From Enoplolaimus lenunculus (Eukaryota), in NCBI GenBank assembly GCA_030248215.1, contig JASANG010000266.1, positions 372,001-436,000 on the forward strand: DNA of 64,000 nt, given 5' to 3'. Below are positions 51,081 to 63,055 of this stretch, piece by piece. Under the pieces are notes generated by a model. That model had not been told where the DNA came from and did not search any database. It was given only the letters and a program-made list of their open reading frames with translations. Each line of letters opens with the position of its first letter. Within the stretch, counting starts at the first letter, position 1. Both the position numbers and the translations under genes were made by a program.

Positions 51081-51638
51081 TTTTTTAGCTTATTATGAAT
51101 TAACCGGCATTTCTGAACAGATACACCAATTTATTACGCTTAAACAAAGTAGAAGTACGAAAAAACATTCAAAACTTTTGTTGGTTTCTGTAACGATCCA
51201 AAACTGACCGTGACCGAGACCACAATTCTCATATTAGGGTTTCCATTTTTGACCGAAACCGCACATCCCTGCTACTAAGCGGCCTCGGTTAAAATTAAGA
51301 CTAGTAATTTGACCGTTGCGAAAGTGGTTTTTTAGTTTGCCAAAAACAATACTTCGAATTTTTACAATGTTCATGTTTTATAACGTTACCGATAGAGGAA
51401 CAGCCTGCATTCGAAATAAATAGTTGTCGTTGAATTTTTCATGTATTACCAAAGTAGCTCAAATGGTATAAACTGTAGTGCTTAGTTTCCGTTAGCCAGT
51501 TGTGTCACACATTAGAAAAACATTCGTTCAATGTGTTAGTTTTAGTGATTAATACGAACAGGAATTATGTTATGTATGTACCAAAATCGCTAAGAGTATA
51601 ATGTCGAAATTGACCCAGTATGTTGGATATTCACTTAC

Positions 51639-51747
51639 CTTTTTGTAGGTTCTCTATCGCTGTAGCCATGCCTATAGTATTCGTCTTCATCCTCCAACGA
51701 TCGAGCAAGATCAAGGTCTAATACTTCAACCACCTTTCCAAACGTTC
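51639..51747 (-). CDS. Clk: CLK/Doa kinase coding exon 6 (G-loop TFGKVV plus insertion)
   Basis: TATAG|GA ... AG|GTAAG, phase 1-2; completes GEGTFGKVV. Confidence 0.92.
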
Positions 51748-53239
51748 CTATAACGTCAGAATGCAACATTCGGTAACAAATTATATACACTATACTACAG
51801 CATGAGCGACAATACCAGCCCGCATTCGCCTTTGGCAGGTTTACGTTCCAGTACCGATTCACAACTTGATTAGCAGGCCGCACGAAGGAGCGTCCCTCGC
51901 TTTCTCATCCCTTCTGTATGGTTGGTCCAGGATTTTAGAAAGGGGTCAAGTCCTATAAGAAGTTTAAGAGAACATCGACCCCTCAACACCACCAGTATGG
52001 CTGCACCCTTGGTCACACTTTTTCCGAAGACACTCCCTGCAAAAGTTGGCCGCACATGTTTACTTAAAAAGGTTGACGGGGCGCCAACCGTTGACTAAAC
52101 ATTTTTCTTGAACCGCGGGACCCCGGTTGGTTCTGCTCGACCACCACATTTACTTCCCCCGTTTTTAATCCAGGGCCCCTATTGGATCACTCCGTAAACC
52201 TGACATAACATATTTGTGCATATATGTGCGTCAAAACTCAGCACTGCAACAAAAACACGACAGAGTATCAGCAGAAAAAATTGTAATAATATCGATTTTA
52301 GATGTCCCGGCGACGGGACCAAAGGTTGCCGGGCTATACGGCATCATGAACGGTACCAGAGAAACATTTACCTATCTACTCGAATACTAAATGAAAAGGG
52401 TTGCAAACCCTTTCACAAAGAATAGGTACTGAAAAGTTCGCGTATAGCAATATTTTTGAATTTCTAATCGGAATGAAAACTAATTGTGAATCTAATATTA
52501 ATCAAAACAGTAACTCTGTTTGTACCCTGCTTCCCCACCCGTACTTTACTGCAAACGCCCCCGCTTCGTGAAGTACATGACTAAGCTCAACAGTATAAAA
52601 ATAAGCGCAAATCAAAAAAACTACCGCCAGTCAATAATAAATATACCACCGAGGTACATGTTCACATAGTAAAACATTGCTGTTGTGTAAACTTGTTCTG
52701 CAATAACTTTCTACACATGGCTAGGCAACATGTCCCGGGGCACAATTTATTCAGAATGCGAACGCAGTACTGTAAGTTTATTATTACCATACGCAAAATG
52801 TCGCGTGACTCGATATGGCAAATAACAAACGCGTTAACAGTAACTTTACAACATGAGAGTATCAACAAAATGTCGCGCGACGCGATATGAAAAAAACGGC
52901 ACCGTGCTTCAAGGTACATGTTTACGCAAAAGGTACATAAATTTTTAATTTTAGCGTATTTTGCTGGCCACTGCCTCCTTACCGGGCCCCAAACCGGGGT
53001 GAAATCCTGGCCCGGGACATCTTTAATAGATTTAGTAAGATCCCACAGAACAATACACCAAAGGGAATTTAAATACAACATAAACTGTTACCTAGTACCT
53101 TGCCTATTTCAACGGCGCAGAATAAGGATCAATAATTGTGGCCAAACTTGTACCATAAAGAGTATATGATATATACATAGCAAACATGATAACAAAAACT
53201 GTTACGTATATGCAAATTTAACCCTATTATCTGACCAAC

Positions 53240-53387
53240 CTTCTCCCAGGGTTCGCTGAATGAGGTATTTAGAAGCGATGATGTCGCCGTTGCGATAAAT
53301 TAGATGGCCATCTTTATCGTCACGGACCGGATGATGTCGATTTCGAGTAGTAAGGGCTGAAGATGTGACAGTGCTAGACGTCAGAGC
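53240..53387 (-). CDS. Clk: CLK/Doa kinase coding exon 5 (DDKDGHL motif, start of kinase domain)
   Basis: ATTTCAG|GCT ... GAAG|GTTGG; encodes VRDDKDGHLIYRNGDIIASKYLIQRTLGEG. Confidence 0.93.
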
Positions 53388-53588
53388 CTGAAATAACGAG
53401 AGGAATGATATCATGCTGTAAAAATGAAATTGCTAACTTTTACGAGTTTAACTTAGCGCCAAAAAAAAAACTGAGTTTTTTGATTAAACCAAACAAAATG
53501 TAGAAACGATCTAAATCAGTTATAATAAAAAAAATAAAAATAATAACAACAACAACAACAATAATAATAATCTAATTGCATTATGCAC

Positions 53589-54888
53589 CTTCCTCGATCG
53601 TGAGGATTTTGCTGTTCGCGTCGCTGAATCCGACACAGAACTTCGGTCAGCAGTACTAATGCACTCCTGCTGTGGCGGAGATCGTTGCCTTCGGTTAAAC
53701 CTAGCACCACCAGCATTATTTGGCCAACGATCGCGGTGTCTATTATAATTACTATGAATTCGTTCACCGTCAACATTACGTTCGTTATCATCATTATCAC
53801 CGCGATTATGGTGGTACACTTTCCGGTGGCGCTGTCTGCAATGTGACTCCTCATCAGCCCCAGCTCTAGATGCAGTGTCGTTTGAGCGACGACAGTCTGA
53901 CCTATAGTCAGTCACTATTGAACTACACGAACCGTTTTGATTCGCATAGCGGTTGTACGTTGCCGGGACTGCCTTTGATGATCTTGTGGCAGCAGCTACT
54001 GCATATCGCCTGCTGCTATAACCGCCGTTTCGATCATTCTTGTCGGAATAATTATCATTATCGACCTCAGCATGGTCGTTACTATTATTCGTTATTCTTT
54101 TACCATCTATCACCCTGGATGTGTTCGTAGTCTTCGCGGTCGGCGATGACTGCCGATGCTGCCTTCGCTTTCGCTCACCTAACTCATCAAGGTGCGACCC
54201 TGTCACAGCAGTTGCACCAGCATCAGCGACATCAGTATCACGCATACGTCGCTTGATGTTGTTGTGACGCTCATGAGTAACGTCATCGTGGCAGTCACCA
54301 CGAGACAAAGACGACAATGGCGGCTTCTTGCGACGACTGTCTAGATTGGCTATGTCTAGACAGGCAGACGATAACGGCGATGGTGAATAGCTGTCATCGA
54401 GGTCCTTAAAACCACCGTTGTTCGCATCGATATCACCACTCCGTCGACGCGACGACGATAAATGACTTGCTGTTGTTGTTAACGTTGTCGCTTCAACACC
54501 GCTGTTGTCCCTGTCATTCCCACGATGTCTACAAGATTCTCCTGTAGTCTGCTGTTGCCGATTGCAGTTACTGTCACCACGCGAGTATCGTCGCCGGTAA
54601 CAACGACTATCATATCGATCTGATCGATGGCCGATATTAGCGACATTATTAGACGGTGTCAAATTCGACTGTGACCGAGATGAAGATGGTGACGACGAAA
54701 CGCTTTCTAGCTTGCGACGTCTACCGGCGCGACGCTGATGACGAGACGACGAGCGACCGCGCGAGTCGCCGTCAACATTATCAATACGACGTTGCGGTTT
54801 TGTAATGCCGCTAGCGCTGTCTGTTGTGTTGTGATTGATTTTCGATGACGACTGTGATCGCTTTCTCGGAGAAGTGACGATAACTGGT
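53589..54888 (-). CDS. Clk: CLK/Doa kinase coding exon 4 (1300 nt, RS-rich)
   Basis: TTTTAG|A ... AAG|GTGCA, phase 2-0; lies in the open frame 53520-54926. Confidence 0.82.
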
Positions 54889-54999
54889 CTAAAACAAGCA
54901 GCCGTGTTGTGCACTGAGTGTAGCATCTATCGCCAGTTAATAATAGATTATATTAGTTTTATATTTCACTAACATCATAATATTTAGCAGTAACTTTTG

Positions 55000-55650
55000 T
55001 TCGAAACGTCATTGAAGGCGAAGAGTTTTATGTTTTGTACTTAGGGGTCGAATGGTAGGTGTCCGTCCGACGAAAACTTCAGGAACCGCTGAACGAACTT
55101 TGATAAATTTTCTGTTTGAAAACTGACAATACTGGGATTCTAAAGTGTTAAGTCGTTACTTAGTCACAGGTTAACTTGCAAAATTGGTTAACCCTAAATT
55201 TGGACTTTCAGTTTTTAGGTTGCGAGGAATCGGAAAAATTGTTTATGTAGTACTAAAAAGTTTTTAAGCGCGAAGAATAAGAATAAATGGTTTATAAACC
55301 TCCGAAACCATTCAACGAGTGGTTACCTAATAAGTAATTTGCATATGAGATTAATTGGTTAAGCCAAAATTAAAAGTTTTTAAATTATTTTTCTAATTGT
55401 TAGGGTTACAAGTTGTCTAGTTTCAGTACTAAAAGGTTTTTGGCGCTAGGCACGTGAATAAATTGTTAACAAACATCCAAAACAAATCAATGAATTGTTA
55501 GCAAACAACTGATTTGTATATCAGCTTAATTGGGAAATAAGTTTGTCAAAACATACGTTTGTGCTTTATAAGCACGGAATGTTTAACTACACTGATTACG
55601 AAGTCAGTAAGTTCGGGGTTCGCTTAATACACACAGTTCCACTACGTATT
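55000..55650 (+). mobile_element. Degenerate third copy of the Helentron/DINE-like family
   Basis: TTTTATGTTTTGTACTTAGGGGTCGAA...GTCCGTCCG...CAGGAACCGCTGAACG matches 44860-44945. Boundaries are approximate. Confidence 0.65.
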
Positions 55651-55794
55651 GTGTATAAGTATATACTGATACACCCAGTTAATACTTTCAGTTTTGTACA
55701 AACAAAATTTAAATGAATTATAAGACAAGCAATCTCTCAGCAACGAAATAAAAATTTAACATGCTTAACGGATCAAGCTTAACCTACTTAACAG

Positions 55795-56248
55795 CAGGGT
55801 GCGACCGTATATCGGGCTCCAGTTTACTATCAGGCAAAAAACCCGCATCCGGTTCCGGTATAAACTTACAGGATACCGGATTTCGGTGATAATTTCGTAA
55901 ATCTCAAATTGTTGCAAATTATGTTGTGAGATGTTATTTTTTCAGTCCCATTACATGTAAGTATACAGTAGTCCAACATAACCGATAAGATATTCGAGCA
56001 TACTTTGATTGTCCAAACATGGTTTGGTTAGTAACGTGGCGATTATGGAGGGAATTTGTAAGATATACAGTATTTTGCTGTGATATTTCGGTGAGTTTTC
56101 TTTATATAAACGCAATATTCCGTTTACTAAAGATAAAGTAACATTTACAGACTCATTAACGTGCAAAAAATTGATTGATTTAAAAAACACACTATCCGGT
56201 TAACATCTGGTTCCGGTATCCGGTTTTTCGCGATCCGTTCGCACCCTG
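55795..56248. mobile_element. hAT-like MITE
   Basis: CAGGGTGCGACCG ... CGTTCGCACCCTG; perfect TSD CTTAACAG. Confidence 0.88.
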
Positions 56249-56439
56249 CTTAACAGTTAGAAAAACTTTTAATGAAAAACGCATCAAAACTTATTTTATA
56301 ATAAGACAAACACATCAAAATATTCCCATCATAGATGCTAGTTTAATAAAGCATATTTCACATTTTTGTTCTGTTTTAAACTATTCTCGAAACGGAAATG
56401 AAGGTTTCCATTTTAAGCTATATTTTATTTTTAACATAC

Positions 56440-57291
56440 CTTCGACTTTCATAACACTGACGATAGCGTTGACTGACCATTCGTGACTGAACGTCAACGT
56501 CATCGCGACGTTGTTCTCGATTGTGACGGTCTCTTTCACGGCGTGCGGCTGCCGTCGTCTGGTCTATGTCAGAGCGTAAAAGTCGCGAATCAGCTGGCAC
56601 TCGATCACCAGACTGCCGGCGCGACTGGCGATCAAAGGGTTGCCTGTGGTCACAGCGATCACTGTCACAATCGTTGCCGTTTACGGCCAAAGTGCTACTA
56701 TTTTTTGAACATTGACGTCCACGTCGTCTTCTGTCAACAGGTGATAAAGATGCTGAACTACAATCGCGTTGCAACCGCTGGCTTCGCTCCGAAACACCAG
56801 TTGATGACTGCTGACGTCGTCGTTGCTGTTGTTGCCGCTGATGATGAGGGATCGCGTCGAAGCGAGTTTCCGCCGGCGATCGCTGCGGTGATTCTGAAGA
56901 AGGCGAAACGTCAGAATAACCGAGACCGGCCCCAACGCTACGGTTGCCGGTATCTCCTTGTCGCCAAGCGGCTTTACCATCGTCGTCGTTGCTACGAGCA
57001 ATAACCGGTGATGACTCGGAATGGCGGAGCCGATCACCAAGGTTGCAGACACGACTGCTAGGGGACTTCTTTTGTTGTTTCCTGCGTTGCTCCTGAGGTC
57101 TTGAAGCGATAGACAAAGGCGATTCTGATGACGAGACTGACGAGTTTTGTTTAGAGCGTGTTGGCTGCTTCTGATAAAGTTCTTGACAACGAATTTGCGA
57201 TGAATGAGCGGTCGACTTCAGCAAACGCTCGCACTGACTGGATTGATTTTCGCCACTGATTTTGTGAGATCTATTACGAGACAAACTATTG
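56440..57291 (-). CDS. Clk: CLK/Doa kinase coding exon 3 (RS-rich)
   Basis: ATTTCAG|C ... AG|GTATG, phase 2-2; lies in the open frame 56418-57311; R/S/Q-rich. Confidence 0.8.
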
Positions 57292-57447
57292 CTGAAATAT
57301 ATAAACCACAATTTTGGTCGTATGGTCCTCTTTTAAGAAAACGCAGTATAACGAAGAGAAAGTAATATTCTACACACATTCTTCATTGTCTTAATTTAAA
57401 TCGCAATGTCTACCCAGTAAAATTTTGTCATGCTATCAACTACATAC

Positions 57448-57576
57448 CTTTTATTAACCTGTCGATTGCGTGGTGATCGTGAACGGTCACATCGGTCAGG
57501 AAAATGTTTCAAATCATTCTGGCGACGTAATCCGTAATTCCGCATAACAGGAGAACGACTGGCGGTTTCATACTTG
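57448..57576 (-). CDS. Clk: CLK/Doa kinase coding exon 2 (RS-rich)
   Basis: CTTCAG|C ... AG|GTATG, phase 2-2; encodes KYETASRSPVMR...DRSRSPRNRQVNK. Confidence 0.75.
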
Positions 57577-57729
57577 CTGAAGCAAAGAAACAAATATAGC
57601 GATTTAAGTCATAATTTACTGGCGATTGCGCTATCGACGAATAACTTATGCTAGCAAAATTTGAGAAGTTTTGAATGTACTTAAAAACTCCACTCCAGTA
57701 TAACAAACCCTTCCTCTTTAAACTCTAAC

Positions 57730-57959
57730 CTGTACCCTCTATCATCCAACATTCTAGCTATATTTTCTTGGCGCGGTATTCGGTTAGCTGTAGATAGCTT
57801 TTGTCGTCCTTTTGACCTGCCACTACTACCGGATGAACACGTGATCACCGAATCGTCCCGTGAACAACGTGTCTTGCTTTCACTTTCGCCGCGTTCTGTA
57901 CTTCTTGAGTGACGGCGATTGTATATTTTATTTTTTGCAACACTAACGCCCCCTGGCAT
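57730..57959 (-). CDS. Clk: CLK/Doa (LAMMER) kinase, probable first coding exon
   Basis: ATG at 57959 (MPGGVSVAK..., R/S-rich). Phase-2 donor AG|GTTAG at 57730 fits the next exon. Candidate upstream acceptor TTACAG| at 58044. Start codon and donor choice are less certain than for the other exons. Confidence 0.6.
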
Positions 57960-60900
57960 CTCAATTCGAGGAAGATCCAAAAGAAACTGATGCGACGAAA
58001 AGCGTTTACCAATCGTTCAGCATATACGTAATCTGGTCAGCCCCTGTAAGATTATTATAAAAAAACTAACGAGTCAACAAAATCGCGGCATCACGTTTCG
58101 TGTTTAGGTGTATTCTTCAATTATGTATTTAATTTGGTTTAACTTAATCAAAAACGAAAACTTCTGACAAATGGATATTTTACGTCATGGCCAGCAACAA
58201 AACATTTACAAAAATCATTTTTTTGCAAAACTACAGTTAATATTTCGCATGCAGCCACGTGATTAGCAGTGTCCTTGTGCATAAAAAAACTCTATCACTT
58301 AATCCAGTTGGGTTACATCCTGTGCAGAGTTGCAGTATGCAATAAGCGAGAGTTCGTGCTTAAATTCTAGTTTTACTTGAATATTGTTCCAACTTGAATC
58401 CTTTGGATAATTAACCTGAATCCAATCTAAGCGTGAACTACCTGCCCAGGTACATCTGAAGATATTTTATTGCAAAGATATAATTTATTAAAGTGTTGTA
58501 GACAAAGCCAAAAAATTATTTCGATAAGTTAACTTTTGTTAATACAAATTAGAGATGCCACGGGGCCAGGGGACAATACGTTATTTGCTGTGATCTAACC
58601 GGACCAGGTTTATATACTATACTTAACTGAGTAGAATGAAAAACAATCCTATCATGCTCGGTTTAGCGTTTGACAAATACGAAAATCACAAGAAGTTACC
58701 GCACACGGTATTTTTTTATATTTCAGGGTTATTGTCGGAGCCAGAAATCCGGTTGATCTCTAATACCTAAATATAAATAGCTCTAAAAACGGCCCCGGCA
58801 CCGGTTAAATTCCACAACAGGGGCGTCTCTAACAGCATGCACATGTAGACACATATCGTTAAGGTTCTGTCAAGCTGATGGGGCACTTCGGAATAGGACA
58901 TGGCTTCGCTGACGCAAGTTGCGATATCTTAGTTGCATTTTGTTCTGAAACGCATAAAACAAAATCCAGTCATACAGTTGTATCCAATCCATATTTGTAT
59001 ATACAACAGGCTTCCACCTAATTTAACATTACCTGAAGCGGAGCTGCAAAATATAAAAAAATTTCTGCGAAATTAAACTTCGCCAGCGTCGTGTTTCTGC
59101 TGAGTGATTAGATCCATAATAAATAAGTCAGTTAAAGATGTTCCATTTTAATTTGAGAAACATGTTCCATTTTAACTTAAGAAACACGATTTTCCATACC
59201 GAAATAGCAATTCCAGTTGCAACCTTTTGCTATTGTCTTCCTAAATGTCCAGATATCGCAAGAAAATCAACTGAAACTAAATTTGCTTAACTTGCAAATA
59301 ACCAATTTTACTGTGGCACAACTAGACATAGATAACACTATTTCTTGACTCAAATAGTACCAGTTTATGTACCACGGTCAGCGGTAAACGTTGGTATGTC
59401 ATTTATCGGTCAAGAACACATCCCCATTGTTTCCGACATGCCATCTTCACCATCATTTTCCTTTCTTCCAAAACATTCGTTCTGGATAGCCGCCAGGTTA
59501 AAAATCTCATCACGTCACTACTACATTCGTGGCAAAACAACTCTAATCCAATGGATTTGGAAGCGTTAAAAGTTCCGGCTCAAACTCTAAAACACACAAG
59601 AGCTTGAGCGCAAATATTAAAACTACACGCTTTCTTCATAATGCCAGTGACATTAAATTGTTCAGTTGTTATTTCAGCACTGGCACACACACGCGCAACA
59701 GCAATCTGAAATAAACAATAAGTTCAGTTGTTATTCGAAGAAAATCACACTATGCTGTGTTTTTACGATTGCAAAATATCAATGCAGTTTAGTTATATTT
59801 TACTAAACCGTATGTTTTCGCTTGTTGGACTCCGAGTGTTCCTTCCGGCTGGGTTTCATCATAATGGTATTTAAAATGGAAACTGGAATCGCTAATTAAC
59901 CCAGTAGGAACTAGAGCCATACGAAATTCTATTAGAAATCAAGAATAGGCACTATTATAAAGGGTCGTTGAATCACAGAGTATAGCAGTTACGTTAGGTA
60001 CTCGCTTAATTTAAAAAATTGAATACTTAAATCAATATACACAAAGATTACACACATGTACAAGAGAAACAGATTCATACTTTTGTATCACGTTAATCTT
60101 CCATTAACCGCATGTTAGCATGTTGCGCAACAACGAAGCCATGTCCAAACGGTGGGACGGGTTTGCTCTGAAAGATGCACGGCAACAACCGGCCGCGTTT
60201 GGAGAAGAAACCATTCAGCTCCACTTACCTAAGTATTCGGTAGCACCTTGCAATGCTCGAAATTGAAATTAGTCAGCTTCCAATCACAGCTTGATCACAA
60301 TCCAAACGATTTTTCGTACAACCGATGCTTTCTGTATGACGGAATGAGTCGCCTAAGCAAACTGTCTTTGAGGCAACACTGCAAGTGTTATTCGATGCTT
60401 GAACGTGAACCTACGACTGCTGCCAACTTTAGAATCTCAAACAGAACATTACGAGCGCTTCGTGTCGACATACGGAACACATAGATGCATATAAATACGT
60501 ACATGTGCACCTTAAAAGTAACACATAATTCAACGTGCAACTGCGGTTTTTAGGTACCTGAGGTAACCGATAATGTATTGTGGTATTTGGCTCCAGTAGT
60601 TAAACATGTCATATAGTTCCATATGTTGTCTGATGTTATATATAAACGAACCGCCGTCAGAATCATGCCACATATATCAGGGTGCAACCGGAATTACAAT
60701 TTACCGGAACCGGAGTTTGAAAAAATTACCAGAAACGGAACCGGAAAATGAAAAATACATGCCACCGAAAAATTCATTTTAATTTTCTTTTTTGCAATAT
60801 TGTAGGTGATATAACCCTAGTTGGAGATAAGAATTCACTTTATCTGCTGTATTTTAGATTTTCATAATCCACGCAAGCGAAATTTACATTCGATGGGTTA

Positions 60901-61662
60901 TATTTGGCGATTGTGATTGAAACACGCAGGATTCGGATTCGGTAAACTAGCAATGGATTGGGATTCAGTCAAATCGTGGACTAACGCTTTTTTCGAAACT
61001 TTTTGTTTTTTTATAATTTTTTTAAGTTTTGATAGCTTTTTTGTGTTTTTTCAGAATATCTGCTGTAATTATTGTGCAGCTACGACATTTCATAAAAAGT
61101 TTTTGACACGTTCTGTTTCTATAAATTCTACTGCCGACTACTGTGCATGAATTTAAACATCAAGAATTATATACACAAAATTAAAAATTTTGAAGTTTGA
61201 GGCGTTACAGGTCCACCGGAAAAATATTTGTGTGCGGCCGAAAACCAGGGGCGGATTCAGGCGATCATACGGTGCCCGTGAATTCTTATTCTCATTAAGT
61301 AATAGTGTGTCAAATGAATACCGAAAAAAGCTTCGAGTGGGCAATGACGGAGCAGCCACCACTCATACCTCCAATCTGGGAGACACCAGCTCAAAGAGAG
61401 ATCTCCACCTTAAAAACATTTTAAACAAAAAAATTAGAAAAATATGTTGATCATCGCAAGCAGGGTGCAACCAGTATCATAAAATACCGGAACTGGTAAA
61501 TTAGAAAATACCGGAATCGGAGCCGGAACCGTAAAACAAAAAACACTTGATACCGAAAAATTCATTTATAAGCTATTTTATCTCTTTTAATGCTGTAAAC
61601 ACACCATTTAGAATGCCAAAATCCCGAAACTTATGCAGTAGCTGGGAAACGTATGACAAGAT

Positions 61663-61921
61663 TAGGGATGTACCGATTAATCGGCATCGGTAATAATGGA
61701 CACTTCTCGTGAGTATCGGCATCGGCACCGCAAAAAATGTCGACTCTTGCCGACACTTTTTCCGCATAACAGTGAGTTGGAATGCTACCAATTTCATTCT
61801 TGGGCGCATATCAGTGTGTCTGGTAAATAAAACTGTTATCTCTCTTGCATTTGTGTTTGACAAGATAATTGAAATAAGTCGTTCTTATAAAATTATAATC
61901 GTTTATGAAGGTTCATCCCTA
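61663..61921. mobile_element. hAT-like MITE nested in an older MITE (61461-62041)
   Basis: TAGGGATG ... CATCCCTA; perfect TSD GACAAGAT. Confidence 0.9.
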
Positions 61922-62047
61922 GACAAGATTAGATTATGACGCAAATTGAAAATTTTGGCAATACACGTTAAAATATTTCTAGAAAAATAAGTGAAAAATA
62001 CCAGATTTCCCTATCGGAACCGGAGTTCCGCTTGTACTCTGATAACT

Positions 62048-62118
62048 TGATCAATAGGATATCTCTGATAGTCGTTTGCCTTGAGGAAATCAAATACACT
62101 TAGTCCCATTAGATCAAA
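62048..62118 (-). pseudogene. Duplicated 71-bp fragment of CLK exon 7 (3' end)
   Basis: 69/71 identical by eye to 49933-50003. Confidence 0.9.
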
Positions 62119-62195
62119 TAAGAAACATGCTGCCAAATACCGAGACTTGCCGAGACCGAGACTCCCATTCCTGACGGTTGTAGTGCCTGTAAGTC

Positions 62196-63055
62196 TAGGT
62201 TGGAACTGGGACGTTAGACCTTTCTGCTAAGCAGCTGGAAAAGCGGACCTCTAGAGCGGGGATCGAACTCTGAACGTACGGATCCTTAAGCGAATATTCT
62301 ACCACTCCGCCATGTAGCCCGCCTCTCAAACTACCGTTTTCGTCGACTATATGTGTCGACCGCATGCTGTCAGCAAGCATACAACACAATGTGCATTGTA
62401 TTTTATTGCAGACGCACTAGGACAAGCATGTCTCATGCTTACATTACCTTATTTTCAACAAGGTCGTTCCTTGACCGTCCATCCTATTTTTACTGAATAC
62501 CATGTTCATAGCGCGGCAATTTACCACTGCGCTCACGGCGTGGCCCCATATCCGTGTAGGTTGGAACCGGGACTTCAGATCTCTTTACTAAGCAGCTGGA
62601 AAAGCGGGCCTCCGGAGCGGGGATGGAACTCTCAGCCTATGAATCTTTAAGCGAACACTCTACCACTGCGCCACGTAGCACGCCTCTCCAACTGCATTTT
62701 TCGTCGACCGTATGCTGCCAACTAGCATACATACAGTGCACTGAACTATAAACGGACAAGCATGGCTCACATGCTTACATGCCCTTATTTTCAACAAGGT
62801 CGCCCCTGGACCGTCCATCCTATTTTCGACAGGATACCGTGTTCATAGCGCGGCAGTTTACTATTATGTCCCATGTCAGTCTAGGTAGGAACTGGGACAT
62901 CAGACCTTTCTGTTAAGCAGCTGAAAAAGCCGTCCTCTGGATAGGGGATCGAACTCTCAGCCTGATCCTTAAGCAAATATTTTACCACTGCGCCACGCAG
63001 CCCGCCTCTCCAACTACCGTTACAACACTATGTGCATTGCATTTTATTGCATAGT
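62196..63055 (-). repeat. Tandem array (about 2.5-3 units, period 361/325 bp), each unit with a tRNA-like Pol III cassette
   Basis: Unit starts TAGGT(T/A)GGAAC at 62196, 62557, 62882. On the minus strand each has A box TGGCG(G/C)AGTGG, B box GTTC(G/C)ATCC and a T4-T5 run. No valid anticodon stem. Confidence 0.8.

Noticed and set aside
62240..62320. Functional tRNA gene calls here and at 38873-38945
   Set aside because: A/B boxes are present but the acceptor and anticodon stems do not pair; reported as tRNA-derived instead.
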